A stretch of DNA of 17,786 bases from Okeania sp. GTDB lineage: Bacteria; Cyanobacteriota; Cyanobacteriia; Cyanobacteriales; Microcoleaceae. The stretch spans positions 1 to 17,786 of the forward strand of contig NZ_JAYKGW010000148.1 in assembly GCF_035285525.1 (NCBI RefSeq), given 5' to 3'. The notes under the pieces are model-generated. The model was not told where the DNA came from. It saw only the letters and a program-made list of their open reading frames with translations, and did not search any database. Position numbers and translations under genes: made by a program. Below, piece after piece: positions 15,708-17,786 of the stretch (the stretch's first letter is position 1; each line of letters starts with the position of its first letter).

Positions 15708-16250
15708 TTATTCTTTTTGTTGATAAACTTTCAAATTTAGAGATGTTTGTAAAGTTGCTAATTCATCTCTATGAGCTGTTATGGAAAGTAAACTTTTAGT
15801 TTGAGAATCTTCAGTCAATATTCCTTCCAATTTTAAAGCAACTTGTTCTGGACGTTTAGATTTTTGCCAATAAAAAATACCTGCTAAAGGAGATATCAAA
15901 ACTAACCAAACAAAGTATTGACCAAATTCAGGAACTAACATTGAGACAGCTAACCCAAAACATAAAGCACCTAATGCTGCTAATATTATTAAGAAAAAAA
16001 CCAAGAACCAACTAGGACGAACTACTCCTTCAAATGTAAGTTTATTCTCAGCAGCATTCACATCAATAATTCGATAAGCTCGGTTACTAAAATATTCTTT
16101 TAGTTGTTTTAAAAGTGAATCAGCTTCCTGTTCAGCTATCAATTTCACATTTTTAATTCGAGGTTTAACTGATGCCTTGATAAAAAAAATTAGACCAATG
16201 CTAGATAAAAATGTCAGTATACATGAAGATATTAGAGCTGTACTATTCAT
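15708..16250 (-). CDS. membrane protein resembling cofactor assembly of complex C subunit B (CCB1-type, cytochrome b6f haem ci maturation)
   Basis: 180 aa. The N-terminal TM segment is followed by FFIKASVKPR, a soluble segment LLKQLKEYFSNRAYRI...NKLTFEGVVRPSWFLVFFL, then two more TM segments. This matches my recollection of cyanobacterial CCB1-family proteins (FFxRASxKDR ... TFEGxVxPSWFLA). The family call is from memory only. Confidence 0.55.
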   Translation of the reverse strand: MNSTALISSCILTFLSSIGLIFFIKASVKPRIKNVKLIAEQEADSLLKQLKEYFSNRAYRIIDVNAAENKLTFEGVVRPSWFLVFFLIILAALGALCFGLAVSMLVPEFGQYFVWLVLISPLAGIFYWQKSKRPEQVALKLEGILTEDSQTKSLLSITAHRDELATLQTSLNLKVYQQKE

Positions 16251-16299
16251 GGAATTTTAGAATTAATATTGTCAGAAAAGGAACAGAAAATAGCGAGCA

Positions 16300-16343
16300 G
16301 GGAACAGTAATTTATCAAAAATTTTAGGTTTAATAAGCAAGCC
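16300..16343 (+). repeat. MITE-like repeat fragment (right terminus only)
   Basis: aaaaattttaggtttaataagcaagcccta parallels 12458-12488, aaagacttttagatttaatcaacaagcctta, and is the inverse of ctagggcttgctgattaa. Confidence 0.5.
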
Positions 16344-16401
16344 CTATTTACAGTATAATTGTTATTGCTTATCTTTTCTACTCTTTTGACAAATTAGATG
16401 G

Positions 16402-16764
16402 TTAAATTTGAGTCTGGATACGAGCATGATGATTATATTCATACCAAAGTCTTGACAAATCTGTAGCTTGAGGTCGCCATTCAGGAATAATTTGATACAT
16501 TCTCCGTGGGCGTCCTCTTCCTTCTACTTTTTTCCAATAACCAATAGTTATTCCTTGGTCTTCCAGAAATTTCAGAGCGCTATACAAAACAGTGTCAGAA
16601 AGTCTATAAATAGGATAGTCCCTTTCTAGTTGGCCTATCAATTCAGTTCCATAAGAGTCTCTTTGCAATAATACTGATAGAATATAGCATACTGCCAGTT
16701 CTTTATTGAGATAGACCGGAGGGGGACTTTGGAAAAATTGATAAATGTCCTCGAAACAAGTCAT
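16402..16764 (-). CDS. PadR family transcriptional regulator
   Basis: 120 aa. The winged-HTH pattern is ILSVLLQRDSYGTELIGQLERDY...RLSDTVLYSALKFLEDQGITIGYWKKVEGRGRPRRMYQI, typical of PadR-like proteins (YG-x-EL, LY-x-L..LE..G, RKYY/RRMY). Confidence 0.8.
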   Translation of the reverse strand: MTCFEDIYQFFQSPPPVYLNKELAVCYILSVLLQRDSYGTELIGQLERDYPIYRLSDTVLYSALKFLEDQGITIGYWKKVEGRGRPRRMYQIIPEWRPQATDLSRLWYEYNHHARIQTQI

Positions 16765-16832
16765 TTGAATTTATCCACTTACTCTATCTTCCAATCTATC
16801 GTGCTAATCATTAGACTGACCACCCATTATTA

Positions 16833-16870
16833 ATGGATAATTGATAATTGCTCATGGATAATTGATAATT
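16833..16870. repeat. 17-bp direct repeat x2 (ATGGATAATTGATAATT) separated by 4 nt, upstream of padR
   Basis: atggataattgataatt occurs at 16833-16849 and again at 16854-16870. A related ttaatggataatggatgatgg is at 17053-17073. Confidence 0.8.
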
Positions 16871-17020
16871 ATGGTTTGCGTATGGAAATATCAAAGTATT
16901 GAAAGATATAAAGTTATAGCCTTTTTCCATATCGAAAAAGTGCAACTTTTTCAGTTTGTTAGTTCTACTATCTTTGTCTTTCTATCCTCCCCACACTCTG
17001 ATTTTTTCAGCAAACCCTAA
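16871..17020 (-). mobile_element. MITE-like repeat copy (reverse, short variant)
   Basis: It begins tggtttgcgtatggaaatatcaaagtattgaaagatataaagttatagccttttt (compare 11668-11720). It ends cctccccacactctgattttttcagcaaaccctaa. Confidence 0.6.
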
Positions 17021-17097
17021 TTATCAATTCTGGTTCTACAGCAATAGGTTATTAATGGATAATGGATGATGGTTGAATGTTTATTTTTTGAGGTTAG

Positions 17098-17301
17098 TTA
17101 AATTGGATTTATGCCTAACATAGCTTGTAAAGTTAATGTGAGGAAAGTAAATGTGCCAATAGTTAAACCAATGAGAGCGATCGCTGTAATGGGTTTATTT
17201 AAAAATGGTTTCAGTTGGTCGAATAGAAAGAAGAATATGCCAAGGGTTATGGTAATAAAGTATCTTGGGTAGCGGGAGACGTTGTTAAAGAATTCTTGCA
17301 T
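17098..17301 (-). CDS. small two-TM membrane protein, DUF751/Ycf33-like
   Basis: 67 aa, MQEFFNNVSRYPRYFITITLGIFFFLF...AIALIGLTIGTFTFLTL. The N-terminal F-x-N-V-x-R-[YF]-PR-[YF]-FI pattern plus two hydrophobic helices matches my memory of Ycf33/DUF751 proteins. Confidence 0.55.
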   Translation of the reverse strand: MQEFFNNVSRYPRYFITITLGIFFFLFDQLKPFLNKPITAIALIGLTIGTFTFLTLTLQAMLGINPI

Positions 17302-17607
17302 GATTATTTTAGGTAAAAATTAAACTCTACACAATATTATTACTTTAACGCGATTAGCACGAAGTCCCGCACCATAATTTATTTGGTGTCGGGATGAATT
17401 ATCTTACTAACATTTTATCAACTTTTGACCGCTTATCTTCAACTTCATCAGGCAAATTATCTATAAAATCACTAATTATTTGAGTCATTGTTTTCTGCTT
17501 CTTAACTGCATATAATGTCAGCTTATCTAGTCTTTATTTGGTTATTCGACAATGCCATGATTCTTTCATAGTTATATGTTGCAATAATTATGTATACAAA
17601 ATATTTA

Positions 17608-17786
17608 TTATAATAAATGTATGGTCGAAATGGAAGAGAAAAAATCAGAATAGCCTATTACAGTAGAAGCTCTTCTTTCTATTGTGGTATTTGTAATTTT
17701 TAAATTACTTTCAGACATAATTTTAATAATTTGTTTTTTTGAGGGAATATCCCCAGTTTCTAAGGATAACTTAAATACTCGATTAA
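17608..17786 (-). CDS. possible 3' end of an unidentified ORF running off the right edge
   Basis: The minus-strand frame is open from the window edge: NRVFKLSLETGDIPSKKQIIKIMSESNLKITNTTIERRASTVIGYSDFFSSISTIHLL*, with the stop at 17608-17610. I recognise no motif, and in DNA this AT-rich the open frame could occur by chance. Confidence 0.2.
   Translation of the reverse strand, partial: NRVFKLSLETGDIPSKKQIIKIMSESNLKITNTTIERRASTVIGYSDFFSSISTIHLL

Noticed and set aside
17399-17485. 28-aa minus-strand ORF (MTQIISDFIDNLPDEVEDKRSKVDKMLVR) followed by an imperfect hairpin at about 17363-17395, possible antitoxin or small protein
   Set aside because: It has no RBS, no partner gene and no recognisable family. 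The hairpin lacks a U-tract. The evidence is insufficient.
1-17786. Search for tRNA, rRNA, tmRNA, RNase P or SRP RNA genes, and for defence or toxin systems
   Set aside because: I saw no GTTCGAATC-type T-arm with a matching acceptor stem and no rRNA-like conserved blocks. No CDS has nuclease, ATPase, methyltransferase, reverse transcriptase, integrase or transposase motifs. All confident genes are housekeeping or photosynthesis-related.

Overview
AT-rich (about one-third G+C by eye) chromosomal segment that is clearly cyanobacterial. It has four perfect HIP1 octamers GCGATCGC (7166, 10875, 14022, 17177), plus psbO, cpcG, a cpcS-type bilin lyase, nblA and a SigF-type sigma factor. The low coding density, heptamer microsatellites and repeat load fit a Trichodesmium-like filamentous marine cyanobacterium, but I cannot confirm this without a database search. 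I support 15 complete CDS, including nblA, a 56-aa gene missing from the ORF track. I also support one partial CDS at the left edge, one doubtful partial ORF at the right edge, and one DUF819-type transporter-like gene broken by three frameshifts. Intact coding sequence covers only about 52% of the window (about 58% with the pseudogene). The intergenic space is largely filled by one non-coding MITE-like repeat family: at least 13 copies or fragments, about 2.1 kb in total. It has imperfect terminal inverted repeats, (T/C)TAGGG(T/C)TTGCTGA at one end and TCAGCAAGCCCTA(G/A) at the other, an internal GTAGGGACGTT/AACGTCCCTAC hairpin module, and TACTCCC heptamer tracts. I see no CRISPR array, cas genes, tRNA or rRNA genes, transposase, toxin-antitoxin pair or defence-type gene cluster, and I cannot honestly claim a new multi-gene system here. 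The signals most worth follow-up are: the repeat family and its hairpin module downstream of three photosynthesis genes, a 1.8-kb gene-free repeat array, nblA divergent from cpcS-cpcG with palindromes in the shared control region, a lipobox in the PsbO signal peptide, and the multiply frameshifted membrane protein gene.
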